Source: an uncultured Gemmataceae bacterium
GTDB lineage: Bacteria > Planctomycetota > Planctomycetia > Gemmatales > Gemmataceae
Assembly: GCA_963750165.1 (NCBI GenBank)
Contig: CAVVPN010000011.1
Location: 96,001-160,000, forward strand
DNA length: 64,000 bases
Reading direction: 5' to 3'
Position numbers and translations under genes: made by a program. The notes under the pieces were generated by a model, which was not told where the DNA came from, did no database searches, and saw nothing but the letters and a program-made list of their open reading frames with translations. Below are positions 30,151-40,199 of the stretch, piece by piece; within the stretch, counting starts at the first letter, position 1; each line of letters starts with the position of its first letter.

Positions 30151-31096
30151 GCTTGCACGTGCTCCGCCCCGGAACGCAATCGCTGCTGGTCGATTTCGGC
30201 CGGCCGCGCAGCCGCAGTCTCGGCGTGCCGGTTGGCGGCGCCGCCGACCGCGCCGCGCTGGCGCTGGGTAACGCCCTGGTCGGCAACCCGCCAGATGCCG
30301 CCGCGCTGGAAATTTGCCTCACCGGCCCGATTCTACGCGCCGATCAGCCCACGGCGTGTGTTGTGTTCGGCGCCCCGTTCGCGGTGAGTACCGACCAGCG
30401 CCGACTGACCGCCAACTACACCTTTACACTCCGCCCCGATGAAGAATTGCACATTGATGGAACGCGGCGCGGCATGCGCGCTTACCTTTGCGTTGTGGGC
30501 GGCTTCGAGGTGCCGCTGATGCTCGGCAGCCGATCCGCGCTTCGCCATTCGCGGCGCGGCGATTCGTTAGCCTGTCAACCCAGTATCCTTCCAGGGCGCT
30601 GGCTCGCAGTCAACTTCGCGGTAGCCGGTGCGGACCACCTGGATTCTCTCTGGTATCAGAGGCCGCAGCCGTTGCGAATAGTTCCAGGGCCGCAGGCAGA
30701 TTGGTTTGGCGACCGTGGCCGGTTCCTGGGGACCGTGGTTGAACCGTGCTTGGCCACGGTTAGTCCCGACAGCGACCGGATGGGGCTACGCCTGCAAGGG
30801 GAACCGTTTTCGGTCCCACCGCGCAACTCGTCTCCGAAGCCGTTTGTCCCGGCACCGTGCAGGTAACGCGCGACGGCCAGTGCATCATCCTTGGTGTGGA
30901 TGCCCAAACGATTGGCGGTTACCCCAAGGTCGCCCAAATCATCAGCGCTGACCTCGACCGGCTTGGCCAGTTACGGCCCGGGGAAGAGATTTTTTTCCAG
31001 CGCCGTGATCTGCGGGAAGCAGAAGAGTTGTATCGCGATCAGCAACGACGGCTGCGGGCCTTCTGCGTGCGCCTGCGGGCCGCCGCTGGCCTTTGA
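30147..31096 (+). CDS. pxpC: 5-oxoprolinase subunit C (carboxyltransferase-like); frameshift near 30824
   Basis: DFGRP, GGAADRAA...GNALVGN, RAYLCVVGG, SDRMGLRL; GTVQV...DAQTIGGYPK in the next frame. Confidence 0.88.
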
Positions 31097-31158
31097 TGAA
31101 CCGATGTGTAAATTGCCATTATCGCATGGTTCGTTCTTCATCAAGGAAACGCGTTGAC

Positions 31159-32139
31159 ATGGCCAAGGTTTTCATTGCTCCTGCCCCCCTCCTCGGCGTG
31201 GAGGCTTCGTATCTGAAAGTGCTCCGCGACGCCGGCCTTGAGGTGGTCTTCCAGAAGTACCACCGCCAACTGCTGGAGGACGAAATCCTCCGCGACCTGC
31301 AGGGCTGCGCCGCCTGCATCGCCGGCTCGGAGCCGTACACGCCTCGCGTCTTCGATGCCAATCCGCAGCTGCGCTGCGTCGCCCGCGCCGGCGTCGGCTA
31401 TGACGCCGTGGACCTCGAGGCCGCCACCGACCACGGCGTCGCCGTCGCCTTCGCGCCGGGCACCAACCAGGACGCCGTGGCCGAGCACACCTTCGCGCTG
31501 ATCCTGGCGCTGGCCAAGAACCTGGTGAAACAGCACCTCGGCACGGTCGCCTTGAAGTGGCCGCGGCAGGCGAACCTGCCGTTGCGCGGCCGCACCCTGG
31601 GCATCGCCGGCCTGGGCCGCATCGGCAAGGCGGTGGCGCTCCGCGGCGCCGCCTTCGGCATGAAACTGCTGGCCTACGAGCCCTACCCCGACCAGCGCTT
31701 CGCCGCTCAACACGGCGTCGCGCTGGTGCCGCTGGAGCGGCTGTTCACGGAGTCCGATTTTCTGTCGCTGCATCTGCCGCTGACATCGGAGTCGAAGCAA
31801 CTCATCAACCGCAAGACGCTGGCGCTGATGAAGCCGGACGCTTACCTGGTCAACACGGCCCGCGGCGGCCTGGTGTGCGAGGCCGACCTGATCGACGCCC
31901 TGCGCCGCAAGACCATCGCCGGTGCCGCCCTCGACGTGTTCGAGGACGAGCCGCCCGGCAAGAGCCCGCTGTTCGAGATGGACAACGTCACCGTGACGCC
32001 GCACGCCGCCGGTGTTGATCTGCGCTCGCGCGACGATATGGCGGAGGCGGCAGCCACCGCCATCGCGGCCCTGAGCCGTGGCGAGTGGCCGGCCGAGCAG
32101 ATTGTCAACCCGCAGGTGCGCGGCCGCTTTCAGTGGTGA
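31159..32139 (+). CDS. D-2-hydroxyacid dehydrogenase (phosphoglycerate dehydrogenase family, no ACT domain)
   Basis: RAGVGYD, GLGRIG, VNTARGGLV, ALDVFEDEP, TPHAAG. Confidence 0.9.
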   Translation: MAKVFIAPAPLLGVEASYLKVLRDAGLEVVFQKYHRQLLEDEILRDLQGCAACIAGSEPYTPRVFDANPQLRCVARAGVGYDAVDLEAATDHGVAVAFAPGTNQDAVAEHTFALILALAKNLVKQHLGTVALKWPRQANLPLRGRTLGIAGLGRIGKAVALRGAAFGMKLLAYEPYPDQRFAAQHGVALVPLERLFTESDFLSLHLPLTSESKQLINRKTLALMKPDAYLVNTARGGLVCEADLIDALRRKTIAGAALDVFEDEPPGKSPLFEMDNVTVTPHAAGVDLRSRDDMAEAAATAIAALSRGEWPAEQIVNPQVRGRFQW

Positions 32140-32206
32140 ACTATGCTTGCGCACCAGCGCGTCTGAAGTCTCACGACTTCGGCTACACCAATCCGGAGGA
32201 ACTACC

Positions 32207-32878
32207 ATGACCAGGACTCTGACTTGTAGCGGCAGGGACGCCCGGCACTGGCTGGGGACGTTCGCTGCAGTGGCGGTCCTCTTCCTGGCCGGAACTGCCG
32301 CCGCCCAGCAGAACAAGGTGAAGGCCGCCCAACCGCCCGGGCCGCCGCAGTTGAAACGGCCGTTCTCGCCCGTCGTCGAGGAAATCTGGCGGGCACTGAA
32401 CACCGACGACATTCGCCAGGAATTGCAGAAAGAGGGCATGGACCTCGGCGACCTCAACCGGCTCCGCCAGGAGTTCGATCGCGTCAACGACAGTATGAAG
32501 AAGTCCTGGGACGGCTACCGCCGCGTCGTCGGCTTCTACCCGAACTACGCCCGGGTCGCGCAACCGCCGACACCCGCCGCGGGACGCCTGGGGGCCACCG
32601 TGGCGGCGCCGACGCCGGCGCTGGTCGATCAGCTCGGGCTGCCGAAGGGCCAGGGGCTGGTTGTGCGTGATGTCGATGCCAACTCCGCCGCTGCGAAGGC
32701 GGGCCTGAAGACCAACGACATCCTGATGAAGCTGGACGGCAAGGCAGTGCCGGCGGACCCCACTGCGTTTCGCCAGCAGGTGGCAGGCCTCCGCGGCAAT
32801 CAACCGCTTGAAGTGCAGGTGCTGCGCAAGGGCAAGACCGAAACGCTGCGCGGCCTGACGCTGCCGGCGGTGAAGTAA
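32207..32878 (+). CDS. Secreted PDZ domain protein
   Basis: Signal peptide; RLGATV...GLVVRDVDANSAAAKAGLKTNDILMKLDGK. Confidence 0.8.
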   Translation: MTRTLTCSGRDARHWLGTFAAVAVLFLAGTAAAQQNKVKAAQPPGPPQLKRPFSPVVEEIWRALNTDDIRQELQKEGMDLGDLNRLRQEFDRVNDSMKKSWDGYRRVVGFYPNYARVAQPPTPAAGRLGATVAAPTPALVDQLGLPKGQGLVVRDVDANSAAAKAGLKTNDILMKLDGKAVPADPTAFRQQVAGLRGNQPLEVQVLRKGKTETLRGLTLPAVK

Positions 32879-32889
32879 GGCGCTCTTGT

Positions 32890-32965
32890 CTGCCGCTTAC
32901 GGCTGAGCGCACTACGACCCATCTGGCTTCAGATGGGTCGCAGTGCGCCAAGCCGCAAGCGGCAG
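32890..32965. repeat. Long imperfect hairpin (GCCGCAAGCGGCAG family) between convergent genes
   Basis: CTGCCGCTTACGGCTGAGCGCACTACGACCCATCTG pairs with CAGATGGGTCGCAGTGCGCCAAGCCGCAAGCGGCAG; relative at 41156-41195. Confidence 0.8.
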
Positions 32966-32981
32966 AAAGACTAACGGCCGC

Positions 32982-33698
32982 TCAGTTCTTTTTCTTCTTC
33001 CTCGCCTCGTACTCCTTGATGATCTTCTCCGGGTTCTCGTTGAAGGCGTCGCGGCAGCCGCTGCAACAGACGTAGTAGGTCACGCCCTTGTACGACACGG
33101 TGGACGTGCCCAGGCCGCCGGTGACGACGCACTCCGGCTTCTTGTTGGCGTTGCCGCCCGCGAAGTTCTCGCCCTCCTTGGTCAGGCCGAACTGGTAAGC
33201 GCGGACGAACTGCGTCCGGTTGGCCGGCTTGACGCTGAACGTCCAGATGAAGCGCACGCCCTCCCCCGCCGTGTGCAGCACCACCTGCTGCACGTCCTTC
33301 TTGTCCGGGATGAGCCGCTCCAGCGTCAGCCGATTCTTTTTCAACACGCCCTCAAACACCTGCCGCTGCCCCGCCTTGTCCGTCAGCGTCATCTGGTAGT
33401 GCCGCTTCTCGGGCAGGTAGCGGACCTCGCCGCTCTTGTAGAACTTGCTGTCCTTGAACTCGATGTTCAGCCAGGCGTCCTGGCCCTTGAAGCGCCAGCT
33501 CCAGCTGAGGTTTTCCTTCCAGATTTCGGTCTTGTTCTTCTCGGAGGTGCCGCTGCCCTTCCAGCCGCCGATGAAGTCGTTGAGTTCCTGCAGCGCCTCC
33601 TTGGGCGTTGTGGACCCCTGGCCCGAGTGGCCCGGCGCCGCCAGCAACAGCAGGGCCGCCACGCCGCACAACCCGCCGCCCAGCAACTTTTGCTTCAT
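32982..33698 (-). CDS. Secreted protein with C-terminal YHS domain
   Basis: Signal peptide; ECVVTGG...YKGVTYYVCCSGCRDAFNENPEK. Confidence 0.85.
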   Translation of the reverse strand: MKQKLLGGGLCGVAALLLLAAPGHSGQGSTTPKEALQELNDFIGGWKGSGTSEKNKTEIWKENLSWSWRFKGQDAWLNIEFKDSKFYKSGEVRYLPEKRHYQMTLTDKAGQRQVFEGVLKKNRLTLERLIPDKKDVQQVVLHTAGEGVRFIWTFSVKPANRTQFVRAYQFGLTKEGENFAGGNANKKPECVVTGGLGTSTVSYKGVTYYVCCSGCRDAFNENPEKIIKEYEARKKKKN

Positions 33699-33736
33699 GG
33701 AATGTCCTCGTCTGTTCGTCTTTCGTTCACGTTTCG

Positions 33737-33816
33737 CGCCTCTTCACGTGGGGCAGGCTTTCCAGCCTGCCGTAGCGCCTCGGCAAGTTGGAAAGCCTGC
33801 CCCACGTGAAGAGGCG
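33737..33816. repeat. REP-like doublet (GTGGGGCAGGCTTTCCAGCCTGCC)
   Basis: 36-bp near-perfect inverted arms; truncated relative at 21261-21283. Confidence 0.85.
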
Positions 33817-33874
33817 TAGCAAGAAAGGTTCTGTCTCTTGGACGCTGCCGCGGGCCGCTGGGTTCCCGTCGGCG

Positions 33875-36800
33875 TCACGGCAACTCTAGCATGTACACCG
33901 TGGTGTTGCTGTTGGCGGTCAGCAGGTGCCGGCCGTCCGGCGTGAACGCCATCTGGCCGACGAATGAAAAGTGCTCGTCGTGGGGCTCGCGCATGTCCCA
34001 GGCACGCAGTTCCTTGCCCGTGGCCGTGTCCCACAGCTTGACAACGTTGTCCATGCCGGTGGTGGCGAACACCTTGCCGTCGCCGCGCACCACCGCGTAC
34101 TGCACCTGCCGGGCGTGGCCCTTGAGCGCGTGCAACTGCTTTCGCTGGGCCACATCGAACACCTTGACCTCGCCCCGGGCCGTGCCGACGATTAGCGTCT
34201 TGCCGTCCGGCGTGAACGCCAGCGCCTCCACGGCGGCCTTGTCCGCCACGTGCCAGTCGGTTTTCTTGCCCTGCGCGTCGGCCACCTGCTGTTTGCGGTC
34301 CAGGTCAATCAACCGCACGGTGCCGTCCTCGGCGCCGAGCGCGGCGAACTTGCCGTCCCGGGTGAACGCGACGGCCTTGACATTGCGGCCGGTGGCGTCG
34401 TACCTGACCAGCTGATCGCCGCTCTTCAGGTCGAAGACGCCGACGATCGTATAGTTGTCGCTCTTCGCCGGCATCCACATCAGTACGCGCTTGCCATCTG
34501 GCGTCGTCGAGAGCATCGGCACCGGCTCGAACAAATCCTTGAAGTTCAGGTTATGGCCCTCCTGCCAGGGCAGTTCCTTGCCGGCCAGCACGTCCCAGCG
34601 GCGCACGGCCCGGTCACCGCCGGCGCTGAGCAGCGTCTTGCCGTCGGGCGTGAACGCCAGCGTGACGATCGGCACACCAGGGCCAGCCAGGGACGCCACC
34701 TCGACGCCGCTGGCCGGATCCCACACCTTGATGGTGCCGTCGGTGCCGGCCGAGGCCATGCGCTTGCCGTCCGGGCTGACCGCGACCGCGTCCACCGAGC
34801 CGGTGTGCTCCGCCAGCAGCGGAATCTCGCGGCTGGTGATTTCCCAGACGCGGAAGGTGCGGTCGCAGGCCGCGGACACAACGTAGTTGCCGTCACGGCT
34901 GAACGCCACCGAACTGACCCAGTCCTTGTGGCCGCGGAAGTTCTGCGCTTCCTTGACGCTGTTGCCTTCGATCTTCCACAGCTTGATGCCCTGGTCGCTG
35001 CCGGCCGAGACGAGGAATTTGCCGTCGTGACGGAACGCCACGCTGCTCAGCGGCCCGGTGTGGCCCCGCAACTCGATCGGTGTGCTGCCCGGCCGGGCGG
35101 TCTTCCACAACTTGACGAGGCCGTCGCCGCCGCAGGTGGCCAGCGTCTGACCGTCCGGGCTGAATGCCAGACCGCCGACGCCGCCGTTATGGGCGATCCA
35201 GCGCACCTCCGGCTTGCCGCCGGCCGCGTCCCAGAAGCGCACCTGTTGATCGACGCCGCCGGCCGCGATGGTCTTGTCGTCGGGACTGAACGCCACCGCC
35301 GTCACGATCGTTTTCGGCGCGAAACTCCGCAGCTCCTTGCCGGTGACCGCGTCCCAGACCTTGACGGTGCGATCAACGCTGCCCGTGACCAGGCGCGTGC
35401 CCTTGCCGTCCCAGGCCAGGGCGGTGACGGTGCCGGTGTGGCCCTCCAGGGTACGGATCAAATCGCCGGTGTCGGCGTTCCAGACCTTGACCAGCTTTTC
35501 GCCGCCCACGGTCGCGATCTGGCGGCCGTCCGGGCTGAACTCCGCCCAGGTGACGCCAGCCTTGTGCTGCAGCGTCCGTAGCACTTTGCCGCTGCGCACG
35601 TCCCAGAGTTTGGCGGTGCCGTCGCCGCTGGCGGTCAGCAGGCGCTGCCCCTCCGGGCTGAACGCCGCCGTCCAGACACTGTCACCGTGGCCGGCGTACT
35701 CGCGCGACTGCGAAACGATCTCGAAACTCCACAACCGGACAGTGAAGTCGCTACTGGCCGAGGCGAGCTTGTCGCCGGAGCGCGTGAAGGCGAGGGCCTG
35801 CACCTTGTCGTTGTGGCCCTTGAAGGTGCCGACCGCCGCGCCCGAGTCGAGGTCCCAGAGGCGGACCAGGCCATCGGTGCCGCCGGTGAACAGGGTGGTG
35901 CCGCCACGGCTGAAGGCGGCGCAGGTGAACCACTCGGTCCTGGCCTTGTTGCCGCCGCGCGGCGGCACCTCCGGGTGCGTCAGCGTCCCCAGGCGGTGCG
36001 GCACGACGTTGACCGTCTCGCCGCCCGCCGGGCCGCCGACCGTGGCGTTGTACAGCTTGATGGCGTCGGTGCCACAGCGGACGAAGGCGCGGCCGTCCGG
36101 GGCGAAGGCGACGAAGTGGCTGGCGCCCACGTTGTCCTGCGCCGACCAGTCCACGACCTGTTTCTCGTCTTTCAGGAGGCGCGGGAACAGGTATAGTCGC
36201 AGCTGGCCATCGCCGCAGCCGGCCAGCAGCAGCTGGCCGTCCGGGCTGAAGGCGACCGACTGGACCTCCTGGCGGAAGTCGGTGACGGCACGCTTCTCCT
36301 TGCCGGTGGCGACCTCGAAGACGCGCAGGGAGTTGTCGTCACCGCCCGCGGCCAGGTATCTACCATCGGGGCTGAATGCCAGCGTGATGACGTAGCGGCC
36401 CTGGCCCGGGCAGAGGCGCACGTCCTTGCCGGTCAGCGGATCCCACAGCCGCACATCGCGGCCGCCGGCCGAGGCGACGTACTTGCCGTCGGGACTGAAC
36501 GCCACGGCGCGAACCGTCTCATGATGGCCGTCGTAGGTGCGAAGCTGGTAGCCGTTGGCCATGTCCCAGACGCGGATGAGGCGGTCGTTGCCGCCGGTGG
36601 CGAGCAGGCTGCCGTCGGGGCTGAAAGCCGCACAGCGGACCTCCTGCGTATGCCGCAGCCGCAGGTTGCCGAACACGCGGCTGACGTGGCTGGGGAAGTC
36701 GGTTGGGTAGCAGGGCAGCTGCCAGCGGGCCTGGCGATAGGCGACGGCGGCTTGCAGCAGACGACCGCCTTTCAGGGCATCGTCGCCGCCCCTGGCGATG

Positions 36801-37000
36801 ACCTCGGCTCGCTTGACCAGATCGGGCAAAAACATCTTCGCAGCGCCGGTGGTGGTGAGGCGGTCGCGTTCGGCGCGATACTTCGCCTGGAGCTGGCTGA
36901 CCTCGGCGGGCGTGGGCTGGGTGTCGCCGGCGCTGAGCAGGGCGGTGCTGAGGAACAGCCCGGTCAGGCCGGCGCTGAGGATCTTCACTGTTCGCGGCAT
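33875..37000 (-). CDS. Large secreted WD40-repeat protein
   Basis: Signal peptide; many GH...V.aVAFSPDG...WD repeats. Confidence 0.93.
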   Translation of the reverse strand: MPRTVKILSAGLTGLFLSTALLSAGDTQPTPAEVSQLQAKYRAERDRLTTTGAAKMFLPDLVKRAEVIARGGDDALKGGRLLQAAVAYRQARWQLPCYPTDFPSHVSRVFGNLRLRHTQEVRCAAFSPDGSLLATGGNDRLIRVWDMANGYQLRTYDGHHETVRAVAFSPDGKYVASAGGRDVRLWDPLTGKDVRLCPGQGRYVITLAFSPDGRYLAAGGDDNSLRVFEVATGKEKRAVTDFRQEVQSVAFSPDGQLLLAGCGDGQLRLYLFPRLLKDEKQVVDWSAQDNVGASHFVAFAPDGRAFVRCGTDAIKLYNATVGGPAGGETVNVVPHRLGTLTHPEVPPRGGNKARTEWFTCAAFSRGGTTLFTGGTDGLVRLWDLDSGAAVGTFKGHNDKVQALAFTRSGDKLASASSDFTVRLWSFEIVSQSREYAGHGDSVWTAAFSPEGQRLLTASGDGTAKLWDVRSGKVLRTLQHKAGVTWAEFSPDGRQIATVGGEKLVKVWNADTGDLIRTLEGHTGTVTALAWDGKGTRLVTGSVDRTVKVWDAVTGKELRSFAPKTIVTAVAFSPDDKTIAAGGVDQQVRFWDAAGGKPEVRWIAHNGGVGGLAFSPDGQTLATCGGDGLVKLWKTARPGSTPIELRGHTGPLSSVAFRHDGKFLVSAGSDQGIKLWKIEGNSVKEAQNFRGHKDWVSSVAFSRDGNYVVSAACDRTFRVWEITSREIPLLAEHTGSVDAVAVSPDGKRMASAGTDGTIKVWDPASGVEVASLAGPGVPIVTLAFTPDGKTLLSAGGDRAVRRWDVLAGKELPWQEGHNLNFKDLFEPVPMLSTTPDGKRVLMWMPAKSDNYTIVGVFDLKSGDQLVRYDATGRNVKAVAFTRDGKFAALGAEDGTVRLIDLDRKQQVADAQGKKTDWHVADKAAVEALAFTPDGKTLIVGTARGEVKVFDVAQRKQLHALKGHARQVQYAVVRGDGKVFATTGMDNVVKLWDTATGKELRAWDMREPHDEHFSFVGQMAFTPDGRHLLTANSNTTVYMLELP

Positions 37001-37098
37001 GAATGCATCTCCCGTGGCGGATCGCGTCGCAACTGGCGACCTCGTGAAGTATAAAGAGCGGAGCGACAGACAGGCAAGCAGTTTCGGGGGGCGCGTTC

Positions 37099-37721
37099 GT
37101 GGGCGCTACGGATTTTCGTGGGCGCACCGGTATTCAGCCCGGCGCGACCCGGTGTTACGCAAACTGATTACGCAGCTGGGGCCGTGTACGCTGCAAATCA
37201 ACCCGGACCATTTCAGCGTGCTGGCGGGGTCGATCGTCTCGCAGCAGATTTCGACGAAGGCGGCCCACTCCATTCGGGCGCGACTGCTGCAAACGCTGGC
37301 CCCGGCGACGCTGCGGCCGGCGGCTATCCTGGCGACGGGCGAAGCCGCGCTGCGCAGCGCCGGCCTGTCCAGTAACAAGGTGCGGTCGATGCGCGACCTG
37401 GCGGAGAAGGTGCATCACGGCACGGTGCCGCTGGACGAACTGCACGCGCTGTCCGACGAGGAGGTGATCGAGAAGTTGCTGCCGGTGCGCGGCATCGGCC
37501 GCTGGACGGCAGAGATGTTTTTGATTTTTTCGCTGGGGCGGCCGGACGTGCTGCCGGTGGGCGACCTGGGGCTGCGCGTGGGGGTGCAGCGGCAGTGGGG
37601 GCTGGCGGAGGTGCCGGACAGGGCGACGTTGGTGGCGCTGGCGGAGGCGTGGCGGCCGTGGCGCAGTGTAGCGACGTGGTACATGTGGCGGAGTTTCGGA
37701 GCGGTGCCGCAGTCAAAGTAG
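37099..37721 (+). CDS. DNA-3-methyladenine glycosylase II family (AlkA/HhH-GPD); start uncertain, possible 5' frameshift
   Basis: SIVSQQIST, LRSAGLS, VRGIGRWTAEMFLIF, DVLPVGDLG, WRPWRSVATWYMW. Confidence 0.88.
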
Positions 37722-37726
37722 CACGA

Positions 37727-37782
37727 GGATGGAAAAGGGATGGAAAAGGTGTCAGGATGGAAAAGGTGTCAGGACCCTTTTT
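37727..37782. repeat. RAYT-flanking repeat with tandemly amplified 17-bp unit
   Basis: GGATGGAAAAG + (GGATGGAAAAGGTGTCA)x2 + GGACCCTTTTT. Confidence 0.85.
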
Positions 37783-38473
37783 CAGCAGACGGCCCCTCCC
37801 CGATCGGCTTCCGCGGACGGCCCCGGGCGCGGAGGGTACTCTCCAACCCCAGCTGCGCCGCCACGGCTCTAGCCCACGGCTCGGCCCCGAAGGGCTGCCC
37901 TCGCCGCACACTCCGCCGTAGCGCCTCCAGTTCGGCTTCCGTTTGCGGGCGGTTGACCTCCTCGACCCAGTTCCTGCTCACGACCACCGGCCAGTCGTGC
38001 AAGCACGGCGATACGGTCTCCGGATGTTGCCGCCGCCACAGGCTCGACCAGCGCCACCGCTCTGCCTGGCGCACCAGTTGGGCCCGCAGGGCATTGCGCT
38101 CGACATAGCGGCAGACCTGCAGAAAGTGCTCATCCTGAGCCACCGGGAAGGATTTGAACCGCCCCTGGTAGAGGTGCCCGGCGCCCACGTCATGGTAGTG
38201 GGCGCGCCAGCGCTGGGTGTGGGTGAGCGTCAGCCAGTGCCCGAAGTCGGACAATTCGCCGTCGCGCGGCGGCCACAGGATCAGGTGCCAGTGGTTGGGC
38301 ATCAGGCAGTACGCCAGCAGGCGCATGCCGGGGACGTGTTCCAGGGCCTCCGCGAGGACGCGCTCGAAAGCGGCGTAGTCGCCGTCCTTCTGGAAGAGCG
38401 GTAGCCGGCCGTTGGCGCGGTTGAGCACGTGATACGCATAACCGCCCAGTGCGACGCGATGTGGCCTCCCCAT
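37769..38473 (-). mobile_element. REP-associated tyrosine transposase (RAYT, IS200/Y1 HUH family)
   Basis: YHVLNRAN, AYCLMPNHWHL (HUH), GHLYQGRFKS, RYVERNALRA (catalytic Tyr), WRWSS; flanked by 22-bp inverted repeats. Confidence 0.92.
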
Positions 38474-38510
38474 ATCCCGCACACTACCCGAGATCGACTC
38501 CCTTGTCAAG

Positions 38511-38532
38511 AAAAAGGGTCCTGACACCTTTT
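38511..38532. repeat. Upstream RAYT-flanking repeat
   Basis: AAAAAGGGTCCTGACACCTTTT is the exact reverse complement of 37761-37782. Confidence 0.85.
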
Positions 38533-38553
38533 TCTTGCCCCGCGTCGGCGTCC

Positions 38554-38628
38554 TCAGGGCGTTGCCCTGGGCTAAGTTGTCCCGCCCCTTCGGGGCGAAG
38601 AAACCGCTACACCCGACCGTAACGCGCT
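38554..38628 (+). repeat. CAGGGCGTTGCCCTG and GCCCCTTCGGGGC hairpins plus the flank shared with 1298-1342
   Basis: Direct inspection and manual alignment. Confidence 0.7.
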
Positions 38629-39313
38629 TTAAGTTTCGCGCGGACCCGCGCGCGCTGCACGAACACGGCGTGGGCATGCTCATCGGGTCGGACGGGCTGC
38701 GCTTCCGGGAGGTTCAGTTGCCGCAGCCGCCGCAGTTCGCGGGCGTTGCGGATGCTGATGACGAACGCCCCCAGCGCCAGCAGCAAGGCGATGCCGGCGA
38801 CCAGGGCCGGCACGTCCAGGCCAGTGCCGCGCTCGCGCCGGGCTCCCGCTTCGCCGTCCGTGGGCGCCGGTCGAGGCAGCCGGACTTGCGGTTCGCGGTC
38901 GCGCTCTTGCTTGCGGTCCCCGGCTAGTTGATCGAGTTGCATCTTCTGCACGTCCAGCACGGGCGGCAATTTCGCCTCCAGTTCCCGGGCGGGGATGCGC
39001 AGTTCCTTGGTGTGGCCCTGGCCCGCGGAAATGACGACCTTCAAATCCTCGGCCCTGGCGACGGCGAACACCAGCACGCCCTGTTTCATGACCAGCGTCT
39101 TGCCGAACAGCGGTTCGCCGCCGGGCGCAGCACCGTCACGTTCGCCAGCGGCGGCGCGTCGCCGGTCTCGAACCAGCATTCGAGCTTGACCCTGCCGTCC
39201 GGCTGCACCCAGTAATCGCCGTCAAGCCGGTGCGCCCGGGCCGTTCCGGTCAGCGTCAGCAGCAGCAGGTGCGCCAGCAGGGCAGGGCAGCACAGGGGAG
39301 CGCGGCGCAACAT
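38607..39313 (-). CDS. CbiL/NikL-like membrane-anchored accessory protein; frameshift near 39122
   Basis: Signal ending ARA-HRL; LECWFETG...ANVTVLRP / GGEPL...GVLVF...AGQGH; C-terminal TM; downstream of cbiM. Confidence 0.65.
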
Positions 39314-40187
39314 GTTCCGAAACCTCCGATGCAGGCGCTCGCCAGGGGGAACCACCGTCGGGCAGCCGCAGCAGTGCCGGCTTGACCCGGGCCAGGAAGC
39401 CGACCGTGAAGCCCACGACCACGCCTTCCACGACCGCCAGCGGCAGGTGCGTCAGCGCCACGACCAGCGCTGGCACAAAAAAGTTTGTCTCGCCGCCCCA
39501 GACCAGCACCAGGAAATTCAACGCCACCGTCGCCAGCACCGTCAACTCGCCGAGCAGCAGGCCCAGCGGAAACTCCGGCCGATTTTCCAGGCGCCGCTCC
39601 AGCCACACCGACCCGGCCGCCAGCAGCAGCGCCACCGCCAGCGTCAGCGGGTGCAGCGTCACCGCCGTGGCCGCAGTGGTGTCCACGTTTTCCAGGGTGC
39701 CGAGGTTGCTCACCAGCAGCGCCACGCTGAAAACGCAACTCAGCGTCCACGCCAGGCTGCTCACGGCCACCAGCAGCGTCCGGCACCAGGCCGTGCGCCA
39801 GCCGCGCCAGCGCCGCAGCCCGGCGAATGCCGCCCCCGCCGCCAGGGCCGGGGCAGTCATCACCACGCTGTTAACGCCGAGCGTGTACAGGCCGCCGTGT
39901 TGCAGCAACAGATACTGTAGCAGCAACGCCACCGGAATCGCCAGGCACGCACGCCAGCCGAGCATGACGCCGAGCAGGCCGTTCAGCAGCAAGTGGACGC
40001 TGCCGGGGCCGACGCGGACGTGGATCGAACTGGCGACGAAGAAGGCGGCCGTCAGCAGGGCGATCTGCGGGATTTCCTCATCGCGGATGCGCCAGCTGCC
40101 GACCAGCGCCAGCAGCGCTGCGATTGCGAAGCCGCCCAGCAGCCAGGGCCAGTTCAGCACGTTGTCGGAGATGTGGACCGCCAGCAT
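39222..40187 (-). CDS. cbiM: ECF-type Co/Ni substrate-binding membrane component CbiM/NikM
   Basis: (V/M)HISDNVL N-terminus, AAFFVASSIH, SVHLLLNGLLG, HGGLYTLGVN, HLPLAVVEG. Confidence 0.88.
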   Translation of the reverse strand: MLAVHISDNVLNWPWLLGGFAIAALLALVGSWRIRDEEIPQIALLTAAFFVASSIHVRVGPGSVHLLLNGLLGVMLGWRACLAIPVALLLQYLLLQHGGLYTLGVNSVVMTAPALAAGAAFAGLRRWRGWRTAWCRTLLVAVSSLAWTLSCVFSVALLVSNLGTLENVDTTAATAVTLHPLTLAVALLLAAGSVWLERRLENRPEFPLGLLLGELTVLATVALNFLVLVWGGETNFFVPALVVALTHLPLAVVEGVVVGFTVGFLARVKPALLRLPDGGSPWRAPASEVSEHVAPRSPVLPCPAGAPAAADADRNGPGAPA

Positions 40188-40199
40188 GGCGACTCCCGC

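Noticed and set aside
37727..37782. CRISPR-like direct repeats here and in the other tandem tracts
   Set aside because: Units are 7-17 bp, abut without unique spacers, and there are no cas genes
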